Shown piece by piece: positions 1 through 8,723 of a stretch of 64,000 nucleotides of DNA. The notes beneath the pieces are model-generated. The model did not search any database, was not told the origin of the DNA, and saw nothing but the letters and a program-made list of their open reading frames with translations. Source of the DNA: a virus; IMG/VR virus record IMGVR_UViG_3300044691_000566, positions 64,001 through 128,000 of that record; one strand, written 5' to 3'. The stretch's first letter is position 1; the number at the start of each line of letters is the position of its first letter. A program made the position numbers and the translations under genes.

Positions 1-11
1 CCTGCGGCTCG

Positions 12-344
12 ATGCACAACCGGTGCACCGACTGCGGCAACATCGTGGACCACTGCCCCATCGAGAGCGCCAGGGCGCAGGCCCGCTACAAGCCCGGCTC
101 CGTCATCACCCAGGGCATCGGGCCCGGTTCGTGGCGCTGGGAAGTCGTCGATGTGCTCAACACCTGCTACCGGGTGCGTACGCTGACGGGTTCGACCTCG
201 GGCTCGCCCACCTACTCCACCTGGGAGTTCGGCCTGTGCGAGGACGCCACCGTGCTGGAGTGGCAGAAGGACGGCCGTGAGGGCGTCATCGACGCCGAGG
301 GCAACTCCAGCATCCCGGAGGAGGCGAAGACCGATGGCGACTGA
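12..344 (+). CDS. hypothetical phage protein (may begin upstream of the window)
   Basis: ORF with GC3-biased codons, overlaps next start. Confidence 0.55.
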   Translation: MHNRCTDCGNIVDHCPIESARAQARYKPGSVITQGIGPGSWRWEVVDVLNTCYRVRTLTGSTSGSPTYSTWEFGLCEDATVLEWQKDGREGVIDAEGNSSIPEEAKTDGD

Positions 345-681
345 GGACAAGGCCGTGACGCCCTACGAACGGGTGCGGCTGTACACGGAGCTACACACGG
401 GTTGCAGTCTGGGCGACGAGATCCTCTTCGACAGGCGCTTCAAGACCGCGCCGTGGCCCCGGACGGGGTACGCCCTGGAGCAGGCCGACGTGGTCGCGGT
501 CCTGGACGAGCTGGTCCTGCTGCGGGAGGAGCTGGCCAGGGCCAAGGAGGTGAGTGCGGAGGTCGGGGAGAAGGTGCAGCGCATGGTGGCGTTGCACAAC
601 GAGTACGTGGCCACCGCTGAGCGGGAGATCGAGGGCCTCGAAGCGCAGGTACGAGAAGGAGGTGGCCTCAATGACGACTGA
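334..681 (+). CDS. hypothetical protein with C-terminal coiled coil
   Basis: ATG 334 after GGAGG; overlapping operon packing. Confidence 0.6.
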   Translation: MATEDKAVTPYERVRLYTELHTGCSLGDEILFDRRFKTAPWPRTGYALEQADVVAVLDELVLLREELARAKEVSAEVGEKVQRMVALHNEYVATAEREIEGLEAQVREGGGLNDD

Positions 682-1300
682 GCGGACCCCGTACGGACGG
701 CTGAGCGCCTACCTGGACGTCCTGCCCCAGGGGACGATGTGCGCCGGGGATCCGATCATCGTGGGCGGCGACTCGATGAATCCCCTGCGGGTCTACCGGG
801 GTGACCTGGCGAGTGTGCTGTACGAACTGAACACGCTGCGGCAGGACCACAAGGACCCGGCGCTGGGCTGGGAGACGGCTGCGATAGAGGCGCAACTGTA
901 TGAGCAGGCCAACGACAAGCTCTGGGCTCTGGAGGACCTGGTCAAGAAGCTGGGCTCCGAGAAGCTGCGCGACAAGGTGGAGGAGCTGCTGGAGACGCCT
1001 CCGGCCGACGGCCCCACCAAGCGTGAGGGCGTCGTGGAGGAGCTGCGCAAGGCCCTGGAGGAGCTGGCCGTCCAGCGTCAGGACATCGAGGACCTCACCA
1101 ACGAGCGGGACGATCTCAAAGACGAGGTCGAGTACCTGAGGGGGACGGAGGCGGTGTCCGTGGAGAAGGCCGTGGAGGCCGTCAGGCTCCGCCTGGAGGC
1201 GTTCTTGCAGGACGGCACGCTGATGGGTGGCCTGGCGGCCCGCAACGCCGCCCTGGACCTGCTGAGGGGCCTGCCGGGCATCCCCGAGTCCAGGGGCTGA
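671..1300 (+). CDS. hypothetical coiled-coil protein
   Basis: ATG 671 after GGAGGTGG; heptad-rich E/L/K segments. Confidence 0.65.
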   Translation: MTTERTPYGRLSAYLDVLPQGTMCAGDPIIVGGDSMNPLRVYRGDLASVLYELNTLRQDHKDPALGWETAAIEAQLYEQANDKLWALEDLVKKLGSEKLRDKVEELLETPPADGPTKREGVVEELRKALEELAVQRQDIEDLTNERDDLKDEVEYLRGTEAVSVEKAVEAVRLRLEAFLQDGTLMGGLAARNAALDLLRGLPGIPESRG

Positions 1301-1503
1301 ACGGATGAGATGGACCATGCGTATCTGGGCGCGTGCCGGGTGCGGTCGGCATCATGCGCCGTGGTGGAGGACTGTTCCTCCGCCGTCCTGCGGGAGGAGG
1401 TGATTTTCATGTCCTGCGCCAACCCTGACTGTCGTCGTGGCGGCTGTACCACCGGCCCCAAGCCATCGGAGGGCTCCGGCCCCAAGCGCTAACCTATGGC
1501 GCG

Positions 1504-1530
1504 AGCCCCCCTTCCTCGGGAGGGGGGCTT
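1504..1530 (+). terminator. GC hairpin terminator
   Basis: AGCCCCCCT...AGGGGGGCT followed by T residues. Confidence 0.55.
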
Positions 1531-1535
1531 TCCCC

Positions 1536-1565
1536 TTGACTCCCCAACAATCCTTGTAGTAGTCT
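1536..1565 (+). promoter_or_regulatory. sigma70/HrdB-type promoter
   Basis: TTGACT-N18-TAGTCT; spacer carries AATCCTTGTAG shared with 26384 and 43929 promoters. Confidence 0.6.
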
Positions 1566-1604
1566 CAGACCCATCAACCCGCCAGAGAATCCCGGGAGTT
1601 ACCT

Positions 1605-1832
1605 ATGACCAAGACCGTGCGCGCCCTCACCCTCACCGCCGCCACCGGCATGCTCGCCCTCACCGCCGCCTGCGGCTCGCACCACACCCACACCCACGGG
1701 GTCCCGGTGGTCGCGGTGCACCACTACTCCAGCCACCCGGCCCCCACCACCCACGTGATCGTGCACCACGTGCACCACGTCGTCGTGCACCCGGCGGCCC
1801 CCAAGACCTCCTCCAAGTTCCGCAAGCACTAG
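1605..1832 (+). CDS. small His-rich putative lipoprotein
   Basis: signal peptide with lipobox LTAA-C, then HHTHTH/VIVHHVHHVVVH. Confidence 0.6.
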   Translation: MTKTVRALTLTAATGMLALTAACGSHHTHTHGVPVVAVHHYSSHPAPTTHVIVHHVHHVVVHPAAPKTSSKFRKH

Positions 1833-1900
1833 TCCCGTCCCCGGCGGCCCGGTCTCCTCTCCCCAGGGGGCCGGGCCTTCGCCGTATCGAGAGGAGCCCT

Positions 1901-2089
1901 GTGGCCCAGACCCGAGAACGACGTATGTATCTGTACTGGAAGGCACTCAAGAAGGATCGGGAGTACCAGCGCGGGTACCGCCGTGAGGGCTGTTATCCCA
2001 AGCCGCTGATGATGGTCGCCATCAAGTTCAGCACCCCCATCCGCGAGGTCCGCGAAATCCTCGACATGCAGAAGGGAGAGCCCCGATGA
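1901..2089 (+). CDS. small hypothetical protein
   Basis: GTG after GAGGAG; ATGA overlap with next gene. Confidence 0.5.
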   Translation: MAQTRERRMYLYWKALKKDREYQRGYRREGCYPKPLMMVAIKFSTPIREVREILDMQKGEPR

Positions 2090-2907
2090 CGACTGATCCC
2101 CTCCTGGAGTATGTGGCGCGGGCTCTTGCCCGGCACGACATGGTGAACCTGGTCGGCCTGGAGCCGCACCAGGAGCTGCCCGAGCCCGACCACGAGTTCT
2201 GGGCCGTGTGGCGGGCCACGGCCCGTGTGGCCATCCGCGCCGTACGCGAGGCCGACGGTACGCGGACGATGGCGCTGGGCCCGGACCTGTCGGACTGGGA
2301 CAGTGCGGAGGATTCCGTCCACGACGAGCACGGCATGGAACCGGTCGACGAGGCGCCCCACCGCTGCCCGTTCTGTAGCACCGAGACCGTGTACCAGACG
2401 TTCTCCGGCGGCAAGGAGTGGTACTGCCCGGGGTGCGACGCCAGCGACTCGTACGAGAGCGGTCAGGCTCCTCGCCGTGTCGCGATGCTGACCACCCCCG
2501 AGGGCAGGACAGCCTTGCGCAAGGAGATGCGCGAGCACCTCGCCCCCGAGGATCCGGCCCCCGTGGACGCCGTCCCGCCCAACCCCTGCACCGCCACCTT
2601 CCCGGCCGTCAATCTCCGGGGGGAGGAGATAGGGATGATCCGGTGCGCCCTGGTCGCCGGGCACTATGACCGGTCTGTGATACCCGGAGCGGAGGATCCC
2701 GGCGGCTGGCACGAGGGTTCGGGCGTGCGGGTGCGCTCCGTCGTCTGGAGCGACGACGCCCGGGGTGCGGTGCCGCACGACGGCCGCTCGTACGAGGAGA
2801 AGATCAGCGCGCCCATGTCCCCGGCGAGCATCCAGGCACTGGCCAAAAAGCTCGCCGACGGCACTGTCGCCCGCCGCAAGATCAAGATGCCCAAGGAGCC
2901 GGAGTGA
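2086..2907 (+). CDS. hypothetical protein with CxxC...CxxC zinc ribbon
   Basis: CPFC...CPGC. Confidence 0.6.
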   Translation: MTTDPLLEYVARALARHDMVNLVGLEPHQELPEPDHEFWAVWRATARVAIRAVREADGTRTMALGPDLSDWDSAEDSVHDEHGMEPVDEAPHRCPFCSTETVYQTFSGGKEWYCPGCDASDSYESGQAPRRVAMLTTPEGRTALRKEMREHLAPEDPAPVDAVPPNPCTATFPAVNLRGEEIGMIRCALVAGHYDRSVIPGAEDPGGWHEGSGVRVRSVVWSDDARGAVPHDGRSYEEKISAPMSPASIQALAKKLADGTVARRKIKMPKEPE

Positions 2908-3338
2908 CCGACGAAGAGCGCGACGACACGGCCCGGCTGGCGTTCGTCCAGCGCGTCATGGAGATCTTCTGGCATGCCGACGTCTGCACCGAACTGATGT
3001 GGTACGTCGAGGACGGAGTGCTGTGCCTGTCGGCGGACGTCTCCGACATCTTCGCGTGGGGCAGCGCCGACTCCGAGGAGATCACCCCGCAGACCCTGCC
3101 GGTCCTGGAGGAGGCGTTCAGGGAACTGAAGGCCCTCGGCTCGCCGCCGTGGGGCCGCGCCGAGTGGCTGCCGGAGCTGTACGCGGCCCGTGTGCGCGGC
3201 ATGAGGCCCCAGGGCGCCGCGTACCCCGAGGGGGCTGCCGACGGCGCTGTGGCGGCTCTCCTGGATGCCTGCGGGCCCGCGCGGGAGACCGGCCTCGGCA
3301 ACCCCAAGAAGCGCCCGGTGTACGAAGGAGAGTCGTGA
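2904..3338 (+). CDS. hypothetical phage protein
   Basis: GTGA overlaps at both ends. Confidence 0.6.
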   Translation: MTDEERDDTARLAFVQRVMEIFWHADVCTELMWYVEDGVLCLSADVSDIFAWGSADSEEITPQTLPVLEEAFRELKALGSPPWGRAEWLPELYAARVRGMRPQGAAYPEGAADGAVAALLDACGPARETGLGNPKKRPVYEGES

Positions 3339-3913
3339 ACGACCTGTACTTCTGCCCGACGGCGGGGGAGATCGAGTCGGCCGGGCACGGCGGTTTCAAG
3401 AACGGCGTGTGCTGCAAGCACCCGTGGCTGCACGTGCCGGTGGAGGACTCCCCGGCGGTCCAGAAGATATCCCTGTACCTCAGCGACATGCGCCGGGAGT
3501 GGTACGCCGAGGAGAAGGTGGGTGAGATCTTCCGGCGGCGGCTGACCGAGTACGTCAGGGAGCTGGAGGGGAGGAGCGACCGGATCAGCACGGTAAAGGT
3601 CCGGCAGCGGCTGACCCTGATCCTGGCCATGTCGGGGACGCCGGACCCCTCGGAGCACCAGGACCGGGTGCTGAACGACCCGGAGGGTCTGTGGGGGTCC
3701 ACGCCGGGCTGGCGGTGCTGGGTGGGCCGCCATGCCCAGTGCGAGCCGCTGGGGGCCGACGAGCACTGCACGTGCGCGTGCGGGCTGGGGGAGCGGGGTC
3801 ACGGCCTGGAGCAGAACGGCGTGAAGACCCCGGGCTGCGACTGCGGCCATGAGGGCATGGGCATCACCTGGCATGCCCAGACGTGTGCGTGGAGGGAGAG
3901 CCGTCGTGGATGA
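3335..3913 (+). CDS. Cys/His-rich hypothetical protein
   Basis: GTG 3335 after AAGGAG, within ORF 2765..3913. Confidence 0.55.
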   Translation: MNDLYFCPTAGEIESAGHGGFKNGVCCKHPWLHVPVEDSPAVQKISLYLSDMRREWYAEEKVGEIFRRRLTEYVRELEGRSDRISTVKVRQRLTLILAMSGTPDPSEHQDRVLNDPEGLWGSTPGWRCWVGRHAQCEPLGADEHCTCACGLGERGHGLEQNGVKTPGCDCGHEGMGITWHAQTCAWRESRRG

Positions 3914-4175
3914 CATGTTCAATCGGGAGCAGATCGGCAAGTTCCGGCTGTATCCGCCGGACAGGCCCGGCGGCGGCTGGCAGATCTCGTACGACGAGGT
4001 GTGGCTGCCGGTGAGCCTGGCCGACCGGGACTCCTGCCTGGTCATTGCGGGCATGGTTCTCGCCGGGGTGGACGACGGGGTGCTGGAGGCGATGCAGGAC
4101 CGCGTCAACCGTGCGCAGTCGTCGCGGAACGTCACCCACGATGTGATCGAAGACCTCATGCGGAAGATGCCCTGA
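3906..4175 (+). CDS. hypothetical protein
   Basis: RBS GGAG, operon packing. Confidence 0.5.
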   Translation: MDDMFNREQIGKFRLYPPDRPGGGWQISYDEVWLPVSLADRDSCLVIAGMVLAGVDDGVLEAMQDRVNRAQSSRNVTHDVIEDLMRKMP

Positions 4176-4237
4176 CATAGTCAGCCCCTTGTGTAGTACA
4201 GTCCCGACCTATCCCGCCAGAAACCGAGGAGCTGCCC

Positions 4238-5194
4238 GTGAAAGACGAGTTCGGCACCCGCATGAAGCTGTACGAGAAGGTCACCCGGATGGTGCTGCCG
4301 CCGCGCACCTTCACGATTATCCGGGTGGACGGCAGGACCTTCCACACGTACCTGAAGAAGGCCGACAAGCCCTTCGACCAGAAGGTGGTCTTCGGCATGG
4401 ACTACGCGGCGAGGCGGCTGTGCGAGGAGATATCCGGCGCGGTCTTCGCCTACGCCCAGTCCGACGAGATCAGCATCCTGCTGACCGACCTGGGCCCCAG
4501 GACCGAGCCGTGGTTCGGCGGCTCGGTGCAGAAGATGGCCTCGGTGGCCGCTTCGATCGCTACGGCCGCCTTCAACGAGGTCTACCTGCCCAGTCCCGAG
4601 GAGGACCAGGAGCGCAGGCCGGGCAGCGCCACCTTCGACGCCCGGGTGTACACGATCCCCTCCCGCATCGAGGTGGCCAACTACTTTCTGTGGCGGCAGA
4701 AGGACGCGATCCGCAACGCGGTGAGCATGGCGGCGCACGCGAACTTCGAAAACTACGAACTGGGCGGTCTGAACCTGGCCCGGCAACAGGAGCTGCTGTT
4801 CCGGAAGCGGGGGATCAACTTCAAGACCGCGTACACCGACCGGGACCGGCGCGGGGGAGTGGTGGTCTACGAGAGTTACATGCTCCACCGCGCCAGCACC
4901 CAGCACCTCCTCCCGGACCGCGCCGTCCGGGAGGGACCCAAGCTGTCCCCCGTGGAGCGCCACCAGTGGACCGCCAGGGCCGCCCCGGACTTCACCCTGG
5001 ACAACGGGGGCTTCCTGGCCCTCCAGATCCCGCAGGAGCCCTCCGACGCCCTCCAGCCGATGGTCCCCGAGTGCATCCACGAGGCGTGGGAGGAGGGGCA
5101 CGGGGGTACCCCCTATCAGTGCACCGACTGCGACCACGTCTTCACTCCGGCAGAGATCGACGCACGCAAGTGGAACACCAGGGACGGGGTCTGA
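4238..5194 (+). CDS. thg1: tRNA(His) guanylyltransferase Thg1-like protein (3'-5' polymerase family)
   Basis: IIRVDGRTFH, AYAQSDEISIL, FGGSVQK, FDARV, NYFLWRQKDAIRN motifs. Confidence 0.9.
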   Translation: MKDEFGTRMKLYEKVTRMVLPPRTFTIIRVDGRTFHTYLKKADKPFDQKVVFGMDYAARRLCEEISGAVFAYAQSDEISILLTDLGPRTEPWFGGSVQKMASVAASIATAAFNEVYLPSPEEDQERRPGSATFDARVYTIPSRIEVANYFLWRQKDAIRNAVSMAAHANFENYELGGLNLARQQELLFRKRGINFKTAYTDRDRRGGVVVYESYMLHRASTQHLLPDRAVREGPKLSPVERHQWTARAAPDFTLDNGGFLALQIPQEPSDALQPMVPECIHEAWEEGHGGTPYQCTDCDHVFTPAEIDARKWNTRDGV

Positions 5195-5196
5195 CG

Positions 5197-5445
5197 ATGG
5201 CTGAGCAGCAGACGATGGAGGAATTGCTGAGCGACCGCCTGGCCGCCCTCATCAAGCCCCGGGAGGCGGCCACGGTCCGGGAGGTCTTCCGGATCCTCGG
5301 TGACGACGACATAGCCAGGGCCTGGATCATCGGCATGAACTCCTTCCTGGACGACGAGTCCCCGCTGGTGTGCATCATCCGGGGCGAGAGCGAGAAGGTC
5401 CTGCGGGCCGCCCGCGCCCAGGACGAGGGCACGGTGAGCGCGTGA
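5197..5445 (+). CDS. small protein resembling MbcA/ParS/Xre antitoxin C-terminal domain
   Basis: ARAWIIGMNSFLDDESPL pattern. Confidence 0.5.
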   Translation: MAEQQTMEELLSDRLAALIKPREAATVREVFRILGDDDIARAWIIGMNSFLDDESPLVCIIRGESEKVLRAARAQDEGTVSA

Positions 5446-6155
5446 CCAGTCTGGGCGACCAACTCGCCAAGAGCCGCAAGAGGTTCGAGACCGAGATCCG
5501 TGGTCACACGATGGAGGTGCTCAGGAACGACGACGTCTACCGGCACCTGCGGTTCCGGAACCGCAAGGACAGCGCCTACTGGTTCGAGATCCACACCGGC
5601 CCCAACTTCCTGCTGTTCCGGGGCGACGGCGACTCCTATGTCTTCTCCAACGGCGACAGCGACATGTTCCGGTCCTTCCGGCACAGCATCTACAAGGACG
5701 GGTCCCTGCACCCGGATCCCGGGTACTGGACGCAGAAGCTGTCCTCCTCCGAGCAGGCCGAGAAGTGGGACACCGACGTCTTCCAGGAGGACCTGGAGAA
5801 GCAGATCGCCGACCTGGTCGAGCAGGAGATCCTCCCCGAGCGGCACGAGAAGCGCTTCCGTGAGGACGTGGAGGCGCACCTGATGTACGAGGACCTGTAC
5901 TCCGCCGACCTGGTCATCAAGTGCCTGATGGAGTTCGACTTCTACTTCGACAAGGCTGACCGCTTCGACCCCAAGCACGAGCCGGACCTGGACTTCGACG
6001 AGTGCTGGGAATGGGTCACCAAGTGCACCGAGTACGACTGGTGGTACCTGTGGGCGCTGCACGGCATCTGCTGGGGTGTCCACCAGTTCGACAAGAAGTT
6101 CGGCCGCCCCGGGGTCGCGGTGGACCTGGCCATGGCCGGAGCTGAGGTCGGATGA
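5442..6155 (+). CDS. hypothetical phage protein
   Basis: GTGA overlap; aromatic-rich globular sequence. Confidence 0.65.
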   Translation: MTSLGDQLAKSRKRFETEIRGHTMEVLRNDDVYRHLRFRNRKDSAYWFEIHTGPNFLLFRGDGDSYVFSNGDSDMFRSFRHSIYKDGSLHPDPGYWTQKLSSSEQAEKWDTDVFQEDLEKQIADLVEQEILPERHEKRFREDVEAHLMYEDLYSADLVIKCLMEFDFYFDKADRFDPKHEPDLDFDECWEWVTKCTEYDWWYLWALHGICWGVHQFDKKFGRPGVAVDLAMAGAEVG

Positions 6156-6604
6156 TCGAGTACGAGCCGAGGGACACCGACCGGGAGTGGCCGGTGGCGC
6201 TGCTCCCGGGCGCGGCGGTGCGGCAGCTCAACTGGATGGTGCATGAAGGCCATATCGGTGAGGAGGCGGCTCAGAAGGTGTGGGACATGCTGGTGGCGCC
6301 GCTGTACGACACCCGGCAGGCTGGCCGTGACTGGCCGCGCCAGCAATGCCGGGTGTGCCAGGCCCTGCACCCGTCCCACCGGGACTACGAGCGGTCCGTC
6401 TACCGGCGGGCCCATCAGATGCGTTGCCCCAAGTACGTCGGTCCGCTGGAGCACCGACGCAACCGTTCCGACGTGATGTTCATGGGACACATCAACATCG
6501 AATGCACGTGCGGGACGCGTTACAACGAGCTGGACACCGAGGACAGTCCGCAGAACTGTCCGGACGCGGCTGTCGACTGGCGGGGTCCGCGCCCCGTACA
6601 GTGA
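6152..6604 (+). CDS. hypothetical Cys-rich protein
   Basis: ATGA overlap; CRVC, CTCG. Confidence 0.55.
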   Translation: MIEYEPRDTDREWPVALLPGAAVRQLNWMVHEGHIGEEAAQKVWDMLVAPLYDTRQAGRDWPRQQCRVCQALHPSHRDYERSVYRRAHQMRCPKYVGPLEHRRNRSDVMFMGHINIECTCGTRYNELDTEDSPQNCPDAAVDWRGPRPVQ

Positions 6605-6663
6605 GCACGCCACTTGTTGTTGCTCCACTACACCCCCTTCCGGCCTCGCCGTGAGGGGGTGTA

Positions 6664-7278
6664 GTGCTTTACCCTGCACTTTGGCCGCACCTGAGGAGAT
6701 CAGTGGACGACGAGATAGAGTCTGCGCTTGTGGAGGGGTGGGACGAGAGCATTCACGAGGCCCAACTTCGTCTCGCGTCGCTGGATCAGGCGTTCCGCAT
6801 TGTCCGGGAGCATCCGCACCAGAACGAGGTCTTGCTCCGTGCCGACATGTGGCGGCTCGCGGGCGAGATCGTGGCGTGGGCCTCCCGGCGCACCCCGGCT
6901 CATATCAGGATCGTCACCATCGGTGACGTCACGACGCAACAGGAGAAGGCACCGATGCAGATCCATGACAACGAGCAGTTCACCGTGACCATCGAGGTCG
7001 ACGATGCCAAGGGTGCCCCGATCACGGGTGACGCGGTCACCGTGACCAGCGCCGACACCACCGTGGCCACCGTCGTGGCCGAGGCCGACGGCGTGACCTA
7101 CACGGTCGTGGCGGGCCTGCCGGGCTCCACCGTCGTGACCTTCGACGCGGGCCTCGACGCCAACGGCAACGCGGTCACCGCGACCGAGGCCGTGGACGTC
7201 GTCGCGGGCGGTGTCGCCACCGTCAAGATCACCGAGGGTGCCGTCGTCCCGCAGCCCCCGGCCACTCCGGCCGCCTGA
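6664..7278 (+). CDS. protein with C-terminal Ig-like beta-sandwich (alternative start 6955)
   Basis: FTVTIEVDD...VTVTSADTTVATVV beta-rich; AGGAG RBS before ATG 6955. Confidence 0.55.
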   Translation: MLYPALWPHLRRSVDDEIESALVEGWDESIHEAQLRLASLDQAFRIVREHPHQNEVLLRADMWRLAGEIVAWASRRTPAHIRIVTIGDVTTQQEKAPMQIHDNEQFTVTIEVDDAKGAPITGDAVTVTSADTTVATVVAEADGVTYTVVAGLPGSTVVTFDAGLDANGNAVTATEAVDVVAGGVATVKITEGAVVPQPPATPAA

Positions 7279-7293
7279 CGCTCCTGGCAGACG

Positions 7294-7398
7294 CACGAAG
7301 GCCCCCACCCGATATGGGTGGGGGCCTTCGTGTTGTTCCCCTGCCGTGCCCTGCCATGCCCAGCCTTGCCGCGCCGTGCCGAGGACTTGACTGTATCA
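7294..7398 (-). ncRNA. GGY-NN repeat small RNA unit A (orphan)
   Basis: minus strand TGATACAGTCAAGTCCTC + 8 GGC-NN (AC GC AA TG AT AG AC AG) + hairpin. Confidence 0.8.
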
Positions 7399-7470
7399 GG
7401 GGCAGAGGGGATTTGCTGGCGCTTCCGGCCCAACTGCCTGACCCGGATGGGGTATTCCTTCCCAAAAGTC

Positions 7471-7500
7471 TTGTCCTACCAAGAATAGTTGGAGTAGGGT
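7471..7500 (+). promoter_or_regulatory. sigma70-type promoter
   Basis: TTGTCC-N18-TAGGGT upstream of 7530 operon. Confidence 0.45.
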
Positions 7501-7529
7501 CAGGGGATCCCGCCATCCCGGAGGTACCG

Positions 7530-7712
7530 ATGGACACTGACGTCCCGCTGAGCGCCCTCCTCCAGAAGATCGATGCCGTTCTGCTCTCCCAGGGCACCGA
7601 CCCCGCGTCCATCTCCGACACCGACAAAATCATGCTCGCCGTGCAGTACGTGGAGATCGCCTTCTCCCGGGGACTCACCGTCGCGGCCCACCTGGAGATG
7701 TACCGCCTATGA
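7530..7712 (+). CDS. small hypothetical protein
   Basis: GGAGG RBS; ATGA overlap. Confidence 0.55.
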   Translation: MDTDVPLSALLQKIDAVLLSQGTDPASISDTDKIMLAVQYVEIAFSRGLTVAAHLEMYRL

Positions 7713-7915
7713 TCTGCGAATCCGTACACCCGCTCCGTCCGGACATGTTCTGCGACAAGGAGACCCCCTGCACCGGCTACCACGCCAACGCCGGGCACGG
7801 CCTGGTGTGGCCCCACGAAAAGGGCCTGCCGTCGGTCTCCCCGCCGCCGCAGAAGAAGGGGGCGGCCACCCGCAAGGTGCAGCTCGTCCAGATCGCCCGG
7901 CGCGCCCAGCGCTGA
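7709..7915 (+). CDS. small hypothetical protein
   Basis: overlapping operon packing. Confidence 0.5.
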   Translation: MICESVHPLRPDMFCDKETPCTGYHANAGHGLVWPHEKGLPSVSPPPQKKGAATRKVQLVQIARRAQR

Positions 7916-7939
7916 ACTCCCGCCAGAGAGGTTTTTAAA

Positions 7940-8521
7940 ATGCTCGCAGACTTCCAGATACGCAAAGCCGTCGAAGACTGCTGGATCAGCGTCAAGCCCT
8001 TCCGCGAGGAGCACCTCAACCCCGTCTCGCTCGACCTGACCCTCGGCAATACCGTCCGGACCGTCCGGCGCGATGTCCAGATCATCGACACCGCGATGGC
8101 CGACGTCGAGCCCAACACCACCTACTACGGATGCGTCCCCTCCTGGCACCCCCACACCGACGAGGGGGTCATCCACGCCGACGGCTACCACCTGCGCCCC
8201 CGCGAGTTCATCCTGGCCAGCACCGCCGAGCGCATCGAGCTGTCCTCGTTCATCGCCGCCCGGGTGGAGGGCAAGTCCTCCCTGGGCCGCCTGGGACTGC
8301 TGGTGCACGTGACCGCCGGATTCGTCGACCCCGGCTTCGAGGGCGAACTGACCCTGGAGATCGCCAATCTCTCCGACGTCACGCTTGTCCTGTACGCGGG
8401 CATGCGGGTCTGCCAGCTCACGTTCGAGACCGTCGAACCGCCCGAGCAGGACTACCGGCACACGGGCCGCTACCAGGGCCAGACCGGACCCACCGAGTCC
8501 CGGTACCGCCACATTCGCTGA
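7940..8521 (+). CDS. dcd: dCTP deaminase
   Basis: PVSLDLTLG, EGKSSLGRLGL, AGFVDPGFEGELTLEI, GMRVCQL, RYQGQ motifs. Confidence 0.93.
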   Translation: MLADFQIRKAVEDCWISVKPFREEHLNPVSLDLTLGNTVRTVRRDVQIIDTAMADVEPNTTYYGCVPSWHPHTDEGVIHADGYHLRPREFILASTAERIELSSFIAARVEGKSSLGRLGLLVHVTAGFVDPGFEGELTLEIANLSDVTLVLYAGMRVCQLTFETVEPPEQDYRHTGRYQGQTGPTESRYRHIR

Positions 8522-8550
8522 ACGCACGACGTCCTGCGCCGAGCGCACAC

Positions 8551-8649
8551 GACGAAGCCCCCTCCGGTGATCCGGAGGGGGCTTCTCCCTGCCATGCCCT
8601 GCGCTGCCATGCCGCGCCTCGCCATGCCGTGCAAGACCTGACTTTATCA
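8551..8649 (-). ncRNA. GGY-NN repeat small RNA unit B (orphan)
   Basis: TGATAAAGTCAGGTCT + 8 pentamers (AT GA GC AT AG AG AT AG; one CGC variant) + hairpin. Confidence 0.8.
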
Positions 8650-8680
8650 GTCCCATGGTTCTCCGATCGCCGCCGAATGC

Positions 8681-8714
8681 TGTCCTCCGGCACCCTCGGC
8701 CCCGGAAGAGGTGG
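8681..8714 (+). promoter_or_regulatory. putative late promoter TGTC-N21-AAGAGGTGG
   Basis: first of 14 copies with identical 21-nt spacing. Confidence 0.7.
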
Positions 8715-8723
8715 AGGACACAC

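Noticed and set aside
7341-7380. Pentamer runs as ordinary microsatellites
   Set aside because: Slippage would homogenise units. Here positions 4-5 vary freely while positions 1-3 and the flanking promoter and hairpin are conserved in 15 copies.
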